From positions 32,001 to 96,000 of the IMG/VR virus record IMGVR_UViG_3300037400_002947: a stretch of DNA of 64,000 bases. The stretch is one strand, 5' to 3'. This DNA is from a virus. Lineage: Duplodnaviria; Caudoviricetes. The number at the start of each line of letters is the position of its first letter. The stretch's first letter is position 1. Below, one piece after another: positions 31,222 through 41,392 of the stretch. The position numbers were made by a program, and so were the translations under genes. A model generated the notes under the pieces. That model worked only from the letters and a program-made list of their open reading frames with translations, was not told where the DNA came from and ran no database searches.

Positions 31222-32491
31222 TCTCCTCCTCGCCAGTAAATTCTATATCTCCGCTAAATACGGAATACAAGTCTCTAAGATTCTTAAGACTACCTTTTGG
31301 TTTGATTCCCTTTTCATCAAGATAGTCTTTAAGGTCAAGATTTTCTTTAAGTAGAATACGATTGATCTCTTTATAACTATCCTTCTCTTTGCGTAACCGC
31401 TGATTGGTCTCGCGCATGTTCGCAACAATGTCAGACCATTCCGATTCGTCAAGGGCAAGCTGTTTCATAATGGATGCGTCGCTGATTTCCTGCACCTGCT
31501 GCATTCCTTTGCAAGTAGCAACATCAAACCCATTCATCTCGCCTTCGCGAAGATTCAGATCTTTAATACGTTTAATTTTTCCAGTCCAGGTGTTCTCGCC
31601 TTTAACCTGACGTTTACTATTTTTTAAGCTTAGACAACTTTCCGCCGCAAGATTAGTAATCATACTTGTGATTTTCTGTTTAGAATCTTGCAGAGACTTG
31701 ATGGTAGCAGAGTTGTCCTGCACCTCGTTTATATTCCCCATCAGTTTTGCCATCGTATCATCAATTTTCTGAAGCTGTAAAAAACCTCTGACAATCTGAA
31801 TAGCAGAAGAGACGCGCATCATATCATCGTTGGCGTCTTCAGAAGCGTCCAGCATTCCAAGAAGCTGAGAGTATAAGAATGGCTGATCGCTGACTGGCTC
31901 TTTTTCAAACGGGTCATAGTCAAGCAGACGAATAACGTCTTCTTTATTCTTTATATAACTATCATACGTATCCATTCCGGCGTGTTCTTCGACTATCTCC
32001 TGTTCGGTTTTTTCATCCTCGTATTTAATCCGAACTTTAAACATGTCGGAATCTTTCCAACCAAGACCGTTGTATTGCCCCATTTGGATATTTTTCATAT
32101 AGGCTCTATAGGCATTGGTCTTGACCTTGCCAGATGCCAGATTTTCACTTTCCTGAATACTTGCATTCCATACCGTCTCAATAAACGGCTTATCCAAATA
32201 TCTTAGGGCGAGCTGTGCAGATTCTTTGGTCGGCTCGTGAGAGTCACCAAACTTATCAACACGCTCCGCAATCTTTCGAGCGCATTCTTTACAAATCGGA
32301 GTAACGCCACCTTTGCACATAGGATCGGTACTCACATAAAACTTTGACCTATCCTTGATAGAATCGCACATCCGACAGTAAGCGCTTTCCTTCAGTTTCG
32401 CAATTTCCTCACGCATCTTTACGTTTTCGGCGCGAATCTGCGCAATCGGAACCTTCTTATCAGTGATAGGCTCTATTTTTTTTGTAGCCAT
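31190..32491 (-). CDS. Zn-ribbon protein upstream of TerL (putative small terminase)
   Basis: CRMC...ICKEC; overlaps the terL start; start moved to MATKK, which excludes the tRNA-like element. Confidence 0.6.
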   Translation of the reverse strand: MATKKIEPITDKKVPIAQIRAENVKMREEIAKLKESAYCRMCDSIKDRSKFYVSTDPMCKGGVTPICKECARKIAERVDKFGDSHEPTKESAQLALRYLDKPFIETVWNASIQESENLASGKVKTNAYRAYMKNIQMGQYNGLGWKDSDMFKVRIKYEDEKTEQEIVEEHAGMDTYDSYIKNKEDVIRLLDYDPFEKEPVSDQPFLYSQLLGMLDASEDANDDMMRVSSAIQIVRGFLQLQKIDDTMAKLMGNINEVQDNSATIKSLQDSKQKITSMITNLAAESCLSLKNSKRQVKGENTWTGKIKRIKDLNLREGEMNGFDVATCKGMQQVQEISDASIMKQLALDESEWSDIVANMRETNQRLRKEKDSYKEINRILLKENLDLKDYLDEKGIKPKGSLKNLRDLYSVFSGDIEFTGEEENDYESDNSSL

Positions 32492-32517
32492 ATCATCTTT
32501 CTCCTTTTCTTTCCAAT

Positions 32518-32594
32518 TGCCCGCGGCAGGATTTGAACCTGTGAACCCCCGCTTTAGAAGGCGGTGCTCTAGACCGAACTGAGCTACGTCGGGC
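32518..32594 (-). tRNA. Irregular tRNA-like gene (anticodon loop CUUCUAAA)
   Basis: TAGCTCAG..GG..AGAGC D-arm and GGTTCAAATCC T-arm; bulged acceptor stem; 4-bp anticodon stem with 8-nt loop. Confidence 0.65.
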
Positions 32595-32668
32595 ACATAG
32601 ACCTGTCGCCATAATGGCACTCTAGGGTGGCAGGTAACCCTTTCCGGTTTAGTAGCTCCGGCAAGCTT

Positions 32669-33850
32669 TTATAATTGAATCGGATAAAACGCTTTTATCC
32701 CATCGTCATTAATGACTGCAACCGCCTGTGAAGGCGAGCCAACAAGTCTATGCTCAATACAATAATTCGATCCACTCCCAGCAAATGTTCCGGACTGAAT
32801 AACCTTAACCCCACTTATTTCGGAATAAGCTGTACTGTGTCTATGCCCGATGACAATTGCATACGGGACTTCTCCAATCATCATAGTTAATTTCTGAACA
32901 CCAGAAGCATCGGCCGTGTCATAATCTCCGTGGCAAAGAATGAATTGCAGTCCACAAATATTAAAAAAGGCTATTGTTGGGTCATATTTACAATGATCGA
33001 AAAACTTAACATTCGACACATTAGCAAGTTTTGCCTTCGCATACCAGCAGACAATAGAGTCAAGCCGTTCGCCACGCATGACTTCATTTTTCTTTCCAAG
33101 GCGAGAATGATTGCCAGATACATCGTTTACATAGACAACATTTACCAGCTTGCTCATTTTGAATATAAATTCAGAAATAAGTTCGCTGACAGTCTGAACT
33201 TGCTGTATAACATTTTCGCCGTTTTCAAGTATTGTCGTGTAATGAATGATTCCGTTAACAGAATCGCCAAGTAAAGCAATGTATGCTTTATCAACATCAT
33301 GCTTTTTCACAATGTCGCAAATCTGAAGATAATACTTGTCGAATGTTTCCTTGGCGATTTTTACATTATACTCGCCAAAAAAAGAATCACCCGTGTCCAG
33401 ACCGAGATGAACGTCTGACAGACATATAAGAATGTCGTTAACGCCAGAAGAGGAGATAACTATATTAGAAGACTCATAGGGCGATGTTTCCCTGATAAGC
33501 GATTCAAGATAATCTAGCTTTTCTTCTATCCGTGCAGAATCGCGATTCTGTCTCTGCCAAGCGTTGCGCTCGTCTCTGAATTTTACTTTTTCACGTTCAA
33601 GCATTCTCCGCTGATTTTCCATATCCTTCAGCTGATCTTCAGATTCAGTGAACAATTTTTGATTAGCAACGAACATTTTCTGAAATGCAGCGTATTTTTT
33701 GCGATATGTGCTTTCTCCGTAGTCATTGCCCAGAAGCTCGTTTAGAATGTCAGCGACATCCTGCCACGATCCAATTATTTCCTTGTCTTTACAAATTCGA
33801 AAAATCAGTTCATCGTCTGACTCTCCAAGATATCTTTTGTATTCAGCCAT
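32669..33850 (-). CDS. Calcineurin-like metallophosphoesterase with N-terminal coiled coil
   Basis: LSDVHLG, LGDSVNG, GNHSR, HGD and GHRH motifs. Confidence 0.85.
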   Translation of the reverse strand: MAEYKRYLGESDDELIFRICKDKEIIGSWQDVADILNELLGNDYGESTYRKKYAAFQKMFVANQKLFTESEDQLKDMENQRRMLEREKVKFRDERNAWQRQNRDSARIEEKLDYLESLIRETSPYESSNIVISSSGVNDILICLSDVHLGLDTGDSFFGEYNVKIAKETFDKYYLQICDIVKKHDVDKAYIALLGDSVNGIIHYTTILENGENVIQQVQTVSELISEFIFKMSKLVNVVYVNDVSGNHSRLGKKNEVMRGERLDSIVCWYAKAKLANVSNVKFFDHCKYDPTIAFFNICGLQFILCHGDYDTADASGVQKLTMMIGEVPYAIVIGHRHSTAYSEISGVKVIQSGTFAGSGSNYCIEHRLVGSPSQAVAVINDDGIKAFYPIQL

Positions 33851-33869
33851 TCATTATTCTCCATAAAAC

Positions 33870-34500
33870 AATGCAGCATTTTATAACAGCCATAAATAGG
33901 ATTTCTCCTTACAAGCAAATAACGTCGTAATATTCAGTCATGGTGTCAACAAGTCCGAGCCACGCCAGCGTCCCAGCGAGACTTCTTGCCGAACAAACCA
34001 ATCAACCGATGCAAAACACCAGTCAAACGATTCGCAAATCACCAAAGAGATTGATACTCTCAACTTTCACCCGTCATTCGGAAAGAAGTCATCCCAATGA
34101 CAAATGTGCTACACGTCATAATTTCCGTTGGTTGAGCTACTCGTCCGGCAAACAGTTCTTATAGTCGCATTTCTGCAACGTCACAACGGTAGTAGCGGCT
34201 TATTTGGATTTCCCTTACTTACCACTCCAACAGTTTTCCACACCGTTGGCATCAGGGTTGTTCTCACACAGTGAGCGTCTATTGTGCCGCCGAACTGAAT
34301 CCGACTTTTTACGGTCATATTTGTTTGTGCCAGAGCTTGGCTTTTGCGGTTTCCGCATTTCCTATACAGGCATCACTGCCACTCGGAGATCACCAACTCA
34401 AAGTATCCCATGAATCAACGACCCGTCATACGCTCTGCCTCGGCACGGTGACTAACCGATCTTCACCGAGGTATTAATGGATGTTATAAAATGCTGCATT
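33870..34500 (-). ncRNA. ROOL-like large structured ncRNA (~631 nt)
   Basis: ORF-free gap closed by a perfect 19-bp inverted repeat; segments GUGAAGA, UGGGAUACU, ACAAUAGACGCUC, ACGAGUAGCU, GUGAAAGUU and GACUGAAUA occur in the order I recall for ROOL RNAs. Confidence 0.8.
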
Positions 34501-34509
34501 CACAGCTAG

Positions 34510-35109
34510 TTAAATTATTTCATCAACAATTCCGAGCCGAAGCATTTCATCGGCATCAAGCCATAATTCTTTACGCTCAATCTTGTCGTAGTATTCTTCG
34601 TCAATTTTAGTATGAGAGAGTATATAGTCTTTGATTTTATCCTCATAGTGTTGACTAAAATCAAAGGTGTCTTTAACGGCGTGTGCCGAACCTTCCATAT
34701 ACTGCGAACCACTATGAATGAGGCCAACGCTAAACGGATGGCACACTGTTTTAACGTTCGGATTACTTCTGCCTGCCATTGCAATCAACGTACCCATCGA
34801 AGCAGCAAGCCCAACAATATGAATTGTCGTTGGGGTTTTGGCTTTTTCGATTGCGTCAACTAGCGCAAATCCAGCGTAAATATCACCACCAACCGTAGAT
34901 ACAATGATTTCGATAGGCTTTCCACTTCCATCTGAATCCATTTCAATAAATGGAAGGATGGCCATTTCTAGAATCGAATCATCAATTTCCTGGTTAATAA
35001 TGATTCTTCTGTTGTTCAGATTGTTATAATACTGATATGACACAGGATCCGGAAGACATCCGTTGTCAAATACAGTGCTTAGAAGCTCACCTACTCCTAC
35101 TACATTCAT
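34510..35109 (-). CDS. clpP: ClpP-family protease
   Basis: STVGG, GLAASMG (catalytic Ser), LIH (His), G.VDEII. Confidence 0.85.
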   Translation of the reverse strand: MNVVGVGELLSTVFDNGCLPDPVSYQYYNNLNNRRIIINQEIDDSILEMAILPFIEMDSDGSGKPIEIIVSTVGGDIYAGFALVDAIEKAKTPTTIHIVGLAASMGTLIAMAGRSNPNVKTVCHPFSVGLIHSGSQYMEGSAHAVKDTFDFSQHYEDKIKDYILSHTKIDEEYYDKIERKELWLDADEMLRLGIVDEII

Positions 35110-35314
35110 TCCTTTTTTTCTCCTTATATTGAAATGTGGAGAGCACAGCACGCACTCTCTTTGACGGACCCCAATCACAATCAATCAGACCTTGTATGCA
35201 TAATCTGACGTATATTATTTTCCAATCGGAATCCATCAACTTTGTAATCGCACGAATAACACAATCCCCAGTACGTTTGTACCGGGGATTGGGATTATAA
35301 AAAACATATGCCAT
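35087..35314 (-). CDS. Hypothetical protein (YNPNP..GDCVIRAI family), probably truncated
   Basis: N-terminal motif present, but only 75 aa and running into the clpP start. Confidence 0.5.
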   Translation of the reverse strand: MAYVFYNPNPRYKRTGDCVIRAITKLMDSDWKIIYVRLCIQGLIDCDWGPSKRVRAVLSTFQYKEKKRNECSRSR

Positions 35315-35592
35315 TATCTTACATAGTCTCTAAAAGATCTGCTTACCAGAACTTTGATTCTTGTGATTGGTTCGGAACGCTGCATGCAATTTTCTTTTGG
35401 ATTGCGCACCATTCTTTCGCCTAGCCTATCACCCCGAATACCAAGTCCTTCAAACAGTTTCACCTCGTCACATTTTCTAACATGATCGTAAACCAAATCC
35501 TTCATTGTGCCGATGATAAATTTCAATTCGCCTAACGTGTAACCAGTTCGATCACGGATCTCTCTGATCAAATCATCATTACTTATATACAT
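35314..35592 (-). CDS. HU/IHF-like DNA-binding protein
   Basis: DLIREI..TG, EVKLFEG and R.VRNP arm motif; 92 aa. Confidence 0.75.
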   Translation of the reverse strand: MYISNDDLIREIRDRTGYTLGELKFIIGTMKDLVYDHVRKCDEVKLFEGLGIRGDRLGERMVRNPKENCMQRSEPITRIKVLVSRSFRDYVR

Positions 35593-35667
35593 TTAACTCC
35601 TTTTGCTCTGAAAAGGTCTCCTTTCTCTCATAAGGGAACCTTGACCGACTTAAAAATAGAACAATAA

Positions 35668-38301
35668 TTATTGAACTGACAATTTGTCAGAATCGTTCAG
35701 GTGTACAGATTTTGAGGCATTTTTTGAAAAAACCTGAAGGAATTGCCGCGGACTAACATCGTATAAAACCTTCATCAGTAAAGAACGGTTCTTATTTAAT
35801 GTCGTTTTAATTTCTCTTTGATTCTTTTGAATACTTGGTGTGATTGAGAAGGCTCGATTGATAAGCCATGATATGAGAGGAAGATAATTGTTTGAGAGGT
35901 ATACGCCACGAATATCTGAAATCATTTCATCAAAGTCTTGTCGTAGCAATAAATATTCTTCCTCGTCTGAAATGTCATCTGCGTTGTATTTATAAAGATT
36001 GAATGAATACTTTTGAATTAATTCTTCGACCTTCTTGCACTTCCGGCGATCGCCAGTCATTTCGTAACGATTGTAAAAGGTGTCGATCGGAAGAGTGGAT
36101 TCGTCCGAGCGGTTCAGTGGTGATCTGTACATAAACAGGCAATTCATCGGACATTGTAAATCTGGATTTATTAGGTGGATTGCTTTTTCTTTAGTGTATC
36201 TAATCGGGCTGAACTCCGGCTTAATAATTCGCCAGAAACTCGGATAGAGATTCTCGTTGAGTTCCATGGCCCGTTTTATTCTTTTTATCTCCGAAGGTAT
36301 GTCACAATCATAAGTGCGTTTTGCATTGTCAATTGCCGCCTGGGCAAGAACCGACAAAATACAAACAAAGTCCTCGAACTTTTGTTCTGAAAAATTGTAA
36401 GTATACGTCAGAGCTATCTGCGCCAGATTGCTAGACTCACCGATTGCGAGCTGTGCCTTTGCCAGTTTGTTATCAATTGCCGCAAAATTTTCAAGCGTAT
36501 TGTTGTAGTGGTTCTTTTCTTTTGGTATATTGTTTACTATTGTTGGATAGTCAAACTTACATAGTTTTGCGTGTGCGACTATCTGCGGTTGGTTTGTTAC
36601 ATACAGACTGTCAGAGTCTTGATCGCTTCCGTTCGCGCGATCCTGAAAGTCTGTGTGATTTAAATTCACTGCAATTATCTGCTTGCCAAAATTAAAATAT
36701 CTATCAAAGAGTTCATGATAGTGGTTGCGCAGAGAAATAATATTATTACACGAGTTATGCGGAGATCTGAATCCCGCAATGCTTTCCCCATTCTTAAACC
36801 TGCCAGTGAAGCATTGTATTGCATCCTCTTCTTGTAAGAATGTTGGGTCATCATCTGGATTAAGACCAACCGTATACATCAACATTGCGTACGGGCTACC
36901 TACGATTACAAGATTGTCCGCATTCTGGATCAGCTTCCCAGACTTCATGTTCGTTACATATGTGTTTATGATTTTTTTCTTTCTCTCGCGAAAATAATCG
37001 CATCGCAAGAAGTCCCTGTCTTGATTCACAAGCGCAATAAGCACTTCAAAGTCGTTGCTGAAATTTTTGTTATTGTCGAGATAACGAAGAAACTCGTCGT
37101 CATCTGTCTGTAACTTTTGCAAATACAAATCGGTTTCGGCAATTACCTCTGTCATATTATTAATATCAAGAGTGTTGACCATTTGATAGCTCATCTTCTG
37201 AACATCGCCAAGCTTAGAAGGATGGGCGGTCTTAACTATGCCAAACAGCGAATCATTTTTTCGAACCCATTCACACCAGTAATCGTATGAGATATCAAAC
37301 TTTAGCCACTTGATTGCATTGTCCGTGGTAACCATCTTTATATCTTTGACGAGATGATCGTTACCCCACATATCTTTGATGGTGGCGTCTTGATAATCAC
37401 CGCCATAATGATCTCGGAAGAACTCTTGCAGGTTCGTGCTAAATGCGGCGGCTTTGAACATGTGTTGCCGAAGCAGAATGTATCCGTCGCCCCAGGGCGG
37501 AAACACACTTGAGTCAATCAATGCCTGCCCATCGAACATCGTATTCTTTAGACGGTAATTGTCTTTATGAATTGCAACACACTCTCTGTTTTCGTTTGTT
37601 TCAATGCTCACAACATTTGTTTCAAAAAATGAATCTACGTCTTCGAGAATTAGAATGTTTTCCGGCTCAATTTTTACTCGCCCAACAATAGTACTCGTGA
37701 TGAGAGAAGAGTAGGCACCAATCTCTACAATTTGCGCATTCTCTTTTGGTAGTTTGATTCCCATATACAAGAAGTCACGCGCCTTGTTGTAAAGCCTATC
37801 ACATATAAAATACACCGTGCCTTTTTTTGCTTTACCTGGGGTCCGGTACAGCATTTTATAATGTATTGATTCTTTTTTGATCACGTCGCCATGTTTATTG
37901 TGAGTTTTATATGTTACTGAAACACCATTGACGTAGAACATGGTTCTTAATTCGGCTTTTGACTTTTTGTCGTAACGATGTTCGTTCCGCTTTGCCTCAG
38001 CAATTAAATTGGTTATACGTTCAATCCGAGCCTCATCATCCGGATTGGTTTCGCCTAAAAGCTTTTCCAGATGTTTTATCTCATCTTCGTAACTGCGAGA
38101 CCCGTATCCGAATTCAAGACATACGACGTCGCGCGTTGATCCATCCTTCCATATTCGTATGCCATTGTCCATGAGAAAGTCCAGAAACAATGAGTTTGTC
38201 AACATTGCATCCTTGGTGTCAAGATTATCTCTAACACCAAGGTTGCATTCATAAATAGAAGAGGCTTGGATGTTTTTTATCTTAAGTCCATACTCATTCA
38301 A
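35668..38301 (-). CDS. YonO-like single-subunit two-barrel RNA polymerase
   Basis: MFDGQ, LLRQHMFKAAAF, FRSPH, GSDQDSD (DxDGD-type metal site), Q.AID.AKR; TTG start at 38301 overlaps the upstream stop. Confidence 0.88.
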   Translation of the reverse strand: MNEYGLKIKNIQASSIYECNLGVRDNLDTKDAMLTNSLFLDFLMDNGIRIWKDGSTRDVVCLEFGYGSRSYEDEIKHLEKLLGETNPDDEARIERITNLIAEAKRNEHRYDKKSKAELRTMFYVNGVSVTYKTHNKHGDVIKKESIHYKMLYRTPGKAKKGTVYFICDRLYNKARDFLYMGIKLPKENAQIVEIGAYSSLITSTIVGRVKIEPENILILEDVDSFFETNVVSIETNENRECVAIHKDNYRLKNTMFDGQALIDSSVFPPWGDGYILLRQHMFKAAAFSTNLQEFFRDHYGGDYQDATIKDMWGNDHLVKDIKMVTTDNAIKWLKFDISYDYWCEWVRKNDSLFGIVKTAHPSKLGDVQKMSYQMVNTLDINNMTEVIAETDLYLQKLQTDDDEFLRYLDNNKNFSNDFEVLIALVNQDRDFLRCDYFRERKKKIINTYVTNMKSGKLIQNADNLVIVGSPYAMLMYTVGLNPDDDPTFLQEEDAIQCFTGRFKNGESIAGFRSPHNSCNNIISLRNHYHELFDRYFNFGKQIIAVNLNHTDFQDRANGSDQDSDSLYVTNQPQIVAHAKLCKFDYPTIVNNIPKEKNHYNNTLENFAAIDNKLAKAQLAIGESSNLAQIALTYTYNFSEQKFEDFVCILSVLAQAAIDNAKRTYDCDIPSEIKRIKRAMELNENLYPSFWRIIKPEFSPIRYTKEKAIHLINPDLQCPMNCLFMYRSPLNRSDESTLPIDTFYNRYEMTGDRRKCKKVEELIQKYSFNLYKYNADDISDEEEYLLLRQDFDEMISDIRGVYLSNNYLPLISWLINRAFSITPSIQKNQREIKTTLNKNRSLLMKVLYDVSPRQFLQVFSKNASKSVHLNDSDKLSVQ

Positions 38302-39457
38302 GCTTACATATTCCCCCTTCAATGTGTTTGCGGATTGAGTCAACCAGTAACTTTACTTCGTAAGGTTTAGTGTCCGGTTCAAAACTGATGCGCACCGTCT
38401 GCCTTGCCTTTTCGTCGCTGTACATCATTGCTTTAAGAATGCGGCTAGGCTTATTTTCTCCTGTCGAACACGCCGATCCGGCTGAAAGTGCAAAGCCATC
38501 CATGTTGAGAGCGGCGACCAGTTTGTTTGCGTCGACACCGTCAAAGCTTACGGACAGAATATTTGGCGCACTGCCAACGACGAATGGCGGCAAAGACAGG
38601 GCCTCAATGCGACTATCATGCAACTCGCAATAAAGCAGCTTCTTAAGGTGATTGAGATTCCACAAGTTTTGTTCTACAGAATCTCTGTAGCTCTTAAGCG
38701 CTTTCGACATTGCAACAATTGCCGCTACGTTTTCGGTCCCAGGGCGTAGACCGCCCTCTTGATGTCCACCGTACATAAACGGCCGGAGAGAAGATGGATC
38801 TTTTGCATATAAGAATCCGCATCCTTTGAAGCCGCCGAACTTATGGGCGCTGGCAAATGCGTAGTCAACGCCCAGATTGACTTTGCGGTCATATGCAATA
38901 CTCTGCGTCATGTCACAAAGAAACAACACTTCGGAATCCATCTCGACCATCTCAACGATTTTGTCGACAGGCTGAATTACGCCTGTCTCGTTATTGACGC
39001 TCATTACGCAGATAAGAACATGCTTTTTATACATCGATGGATCTAACAGAATTGCCGCAATTTCTTCGTGCGACACGCGACCGCGCTCATCGACCGAGAG
39101 CCATCGTGTAAGAACGCCGCAGCTTTCCATATATTTGACAGTGTTGTAAACACATGGATGTTCAATAGGAGAGCAGATGATGAGCCAGTCGTCTTCTTCA
39201 CCACGAGGAATCTGCCCCTGAATAATCCAGTTTGCAGCTTCAGTCGAACCGGAAGTAAAGAATATCTGCTCCGGATTAGCACCTATGCTGTCTGCTATCG
39301 TACGCCGCGCATCTTCAAGGGCGACTCGTGCATCCAGTCCGCCGTCATAAACGGTAGAAGACGGATTGTACCATTTACCAAAGCTGATATCAGCAAACGC
39401 ATCGATTGCTTCAGTAGAAGGTGCAGTTGTGGCGGCATTGTCAAAATAGTAAAGCAT
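38294..39457 (-). CDS. iscS: Cysteine desulfurase (IscS/NifS family)
   Basis: YFDNAATT, FTSGSTEA, VNNETG, SAHKFGG (PLP Lys), SAGSACS (catalytic Cys). Confidence 0.92.
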   Translation of the reverse strand: MLYYFDNAATTAPSTEAIDAFADISFGKWYNPSSTVYDGGLDARVALEDARRTIADSIGANPEQIFFTSGSTEAANWIIQGQIPRGEEDDWLIICSPIEHPCVYNTVKYMESCGVLTRWLSVDERGRVSHEEIAAILLDPSMYKKHVLICVMSVNNETGVIQPVDKIVEMVEMDSEVLFLCDMTQSIAYDRKVNLGVDYAFASAHKFGGFKGCGFLYAKDPSSLRPFMYGGHQEGGLRPGTENVAAIVAMSKALKSYRDSVEQNLWNLNHLKKLLYCELHDSRIEALSLPPFVVGSAPNILSVSFDGVDANKLVAALNMDGFALSAGSACSTGENKPSRILKAMMYSDEKARQTVRISFEPDTKPYEVKLLVDSIRKHIEGGICKLE

Positions 39458-39717
39458 CAGTTCTGTACCCTTTCGAGAGTGTATACGCTGTTTTCGGTAA
39501 CTACGGTAATTGTTCGTGTAGCCTGATCCATAGCGTCCATGACCACGGGAGATGTCAGCATCGCCTTACCAACCCGTTCGCCAACGGCATACTCCGCATA
39601 CATGCGCTCCTCGCCGTCTGAACAAAGCTTGAACTCAGGATCATAAATTATTTCACCAATCCGCTCCGGCTTTTGGGTTTTGCCAGAGCGGTCGGTAACG
39701 TTTGCTATTCTGTACAT
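39457..39717 (-). CDS. Hypothetical protein
   Basis: Coupled ORF ending V.TENSVY. Confidence 0.6.
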   Translation of the reverse strand: MYRIANVTDRSGKTQKPERIGEIIYDPEFKLCSDGEERMYAEYAVGERVGKAMLTSPVVMDAMDQATRTITVVTENSVYTLERVQN

Positions 39718-39720
39718 TAA

Positions 39721-40059
39721 CTACTCCTTATATTCATCTATCCGAAATAGAACGCCGTTGTCTGCTACGGATTTGAAGGTTATACTAACGTCGCAGCCTC
39801 TGCTGATTACAATCCTAGCCAATTTATTTTCATGTGCGTCAAAAGCACATACTTCATCTTCGTGCAACTCAATTGATGTCTCACCACCAACAACGACCTT
39901 TGACGTAAATACTGCTCCGTTAAACTTTAATTTAAGGAAGAACGGTTCGTCGCATCCGATGTCTATGGCTGTAAGGTCAAAATAACTTGTCTTGCAATAC
40001 GGACATGTATCAGCATTAATGTCGTATGGCGCTCCACAGTTTGGACAGTTGCGGTTCAT
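39721..40059 (-). CDS. Zn-ribbon hypothetical protein
   Basis: NCPNCGAP..CPYC. Confidence 0.65.
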   Translation of the reverse strand: MNRNCPNCGAPYDINADTCPYCKTSYFDLTAIDIGCDEPFFLKLKFNGAVFTSKVVVGGETSIELHEDEVCAFDAHENKLARIVISRGCDVSITFKSVADNGVLFRIDEYKE

Positions 40060-40071
40060 AGCTACTCCTTA

Positions 40072-41235
40072 TTAATGATATTTCAATAAATAATCGTTGC
40101 TTACAGCCTTGAATGACTGCTTGCCGTCCATGCTGCGGAACACAATTCCTTCGCGCATGCCGTCGTATAGCTGGGACTTGCCGTCCGCCATTGCAACAAC
40201 AGCATCAACGTCGTCCGGCAGTTCAACGCCAAAATCAAGAATCGGCACACATGGAATTCCAAACCTGTCCATTACGCGCACCATCTCGACAGAGCTTACA
40301 CGACCACACGAAGAATAAATCAGATTAAACACAGCAAGCCGACGCTCGTGCAGTCCATATGTTGTTTTTTGAACGCCCTCTCCGTAAACTTCTCCCTGAA
40401 TCGTAATATATGATTCGTTAGAATTCTCTTCGAGAAGCTTTCCAAGAACCTCGCGCATCTTGTACTTTTCAGCCATTTCGGTATAGATGTTCGTATCATA
40501 GTAACAAGATTCTTTTCCGGTCTCGAAACAAACGTTGCGAGAGCACACGAGAAATTCCGGCTTGCTCCACACATGCTTGCCACGACGGATAGTAAATGTG
40601 CTGCTTGAGCCGTCAATCTTCTCTGTGGCAATCCAATGAGTGTCTCCGTGGAGAATATATGGTACGTTTTGGATTCGATCCTCGTCTGTTTTGCGCACCC
40701 AGTCCGGCCATCCGTGATCCTTTTTCTTTTTGCCAAAAAACAGGAACAGCAGTTTCCTTCCCCAGGTCCTTTTCATCATCCACCGGAACGGCTGTTTGGC
40801 AAACAGCTTTCCGTGACGTTGTGCCATCTTTTTGTACTTGTCGCCAGAAGGAGCCTTGCGAATGTTGTCCTGCGGCTCGTAATATTTGACACCAAGTTTT
40901 TCGGTTACATAATCTCCGACGGCGCACGACGCAAGCTCCGGAAATTCTGAGAGCGGCATCAGCAGTCCTTGGGAAATAACTTTGCCTTTGCACATCCGCT
41001 GAGTCTTCACGCGGTATTTATACTTCTCGCAGAATGCGAAGCGCTCGTCGGTAGCGGGAAGGAGAGAGTCGATCTCAAAATATACGGCGGCGTCTCCGGC
41101 TCTCATTTCTTTACCAACGACGCAGTGCCAACCATTTACTGTGGCAAGAGCAATGCGGTCGTACCCTTCAATCGGCTCGACAGCATCGACAGTGACGATG
41201 TATGCGAGTTCGCGCTCGCCTTTTTTGTTAAGCAT
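40072..41235 (-). CDS. RNA ligase (Rnl2/DRB0094-like) with N-terminal OB-like domain
   Basis: TEKIDGSS motif I, IQGE, EGIVFR, FKAVSNDYL. Confidence 0.88.
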   Translation of the reverse strand: MLNKKGERELAYIVTVDAVEPIEGYDRIALATVNGWHCVVGKEMRAGDAAVYFEIDSLLPATDERFAFCEKYKYRVKTQRMCKGKVISQGLLMPLSEFPELASCAVGDYVTEKLGVKYYEPQDNIRKAPSGDKYKKMAQRHGKLFAKQPFRWMMKRTWGRKLLFLFFGKKKKDHGWPDWVRKTDEDRIQNVPYILHGDTHWIATEKIDGSSSTFTIRRGKHVWSKPEFLVCSRNVCFETGKESCYYDTNIYTEMAEKYKMREVLGKLLEENSNESYITIQGEVYGEGVQKTTYGLHERRLAVFNLIYSSCGRVSSVEMVRVMDRFGIPCVPILDFGVELPDDVDAVVAMADGKSQLYDGMREGIVFRSMDGKQSFKAVSNDYLLKYH

Positions 41236-41392
41236 CTACTTCATCCTCCCTTACAAGCTTTGCCTCTTTTAGCTTGTTCCGCATATCACGCATCTGCGCG
41301 ACGTTGTATGCGTTAAGGTCAAACATATAATGAGGAATTGTCTTGAAGTGTCTGCGCTGACTTCTCTTCTTGTGCTTCTGTGCTGTAGCCAT
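41228..41392 (-). CDS. Small basic hypothetical protein
   Basis: MATAQKHKKRSQRRH after GGAGA RBS. Confidence 0.5.
   Translation of the reverse strand: MATAQKHKKRSQRRHFKTIPHYMFDLNAYNVAQMRDMRNKLKEAKLVREDEVDA

Noticed and set aside
31190-32620. ORF-track N-terminal extension of the TerL-upstream gene
   Set aside because: The extension runs through the tRNA-like element; an AGGAG RBS supports ATG 32491
21903-32660. Shared GGAGCTAC word in hairpins at ~21904 and ~32652
   Set aside because: Opposite orientations and only 8 bp; not distinguishable from chance
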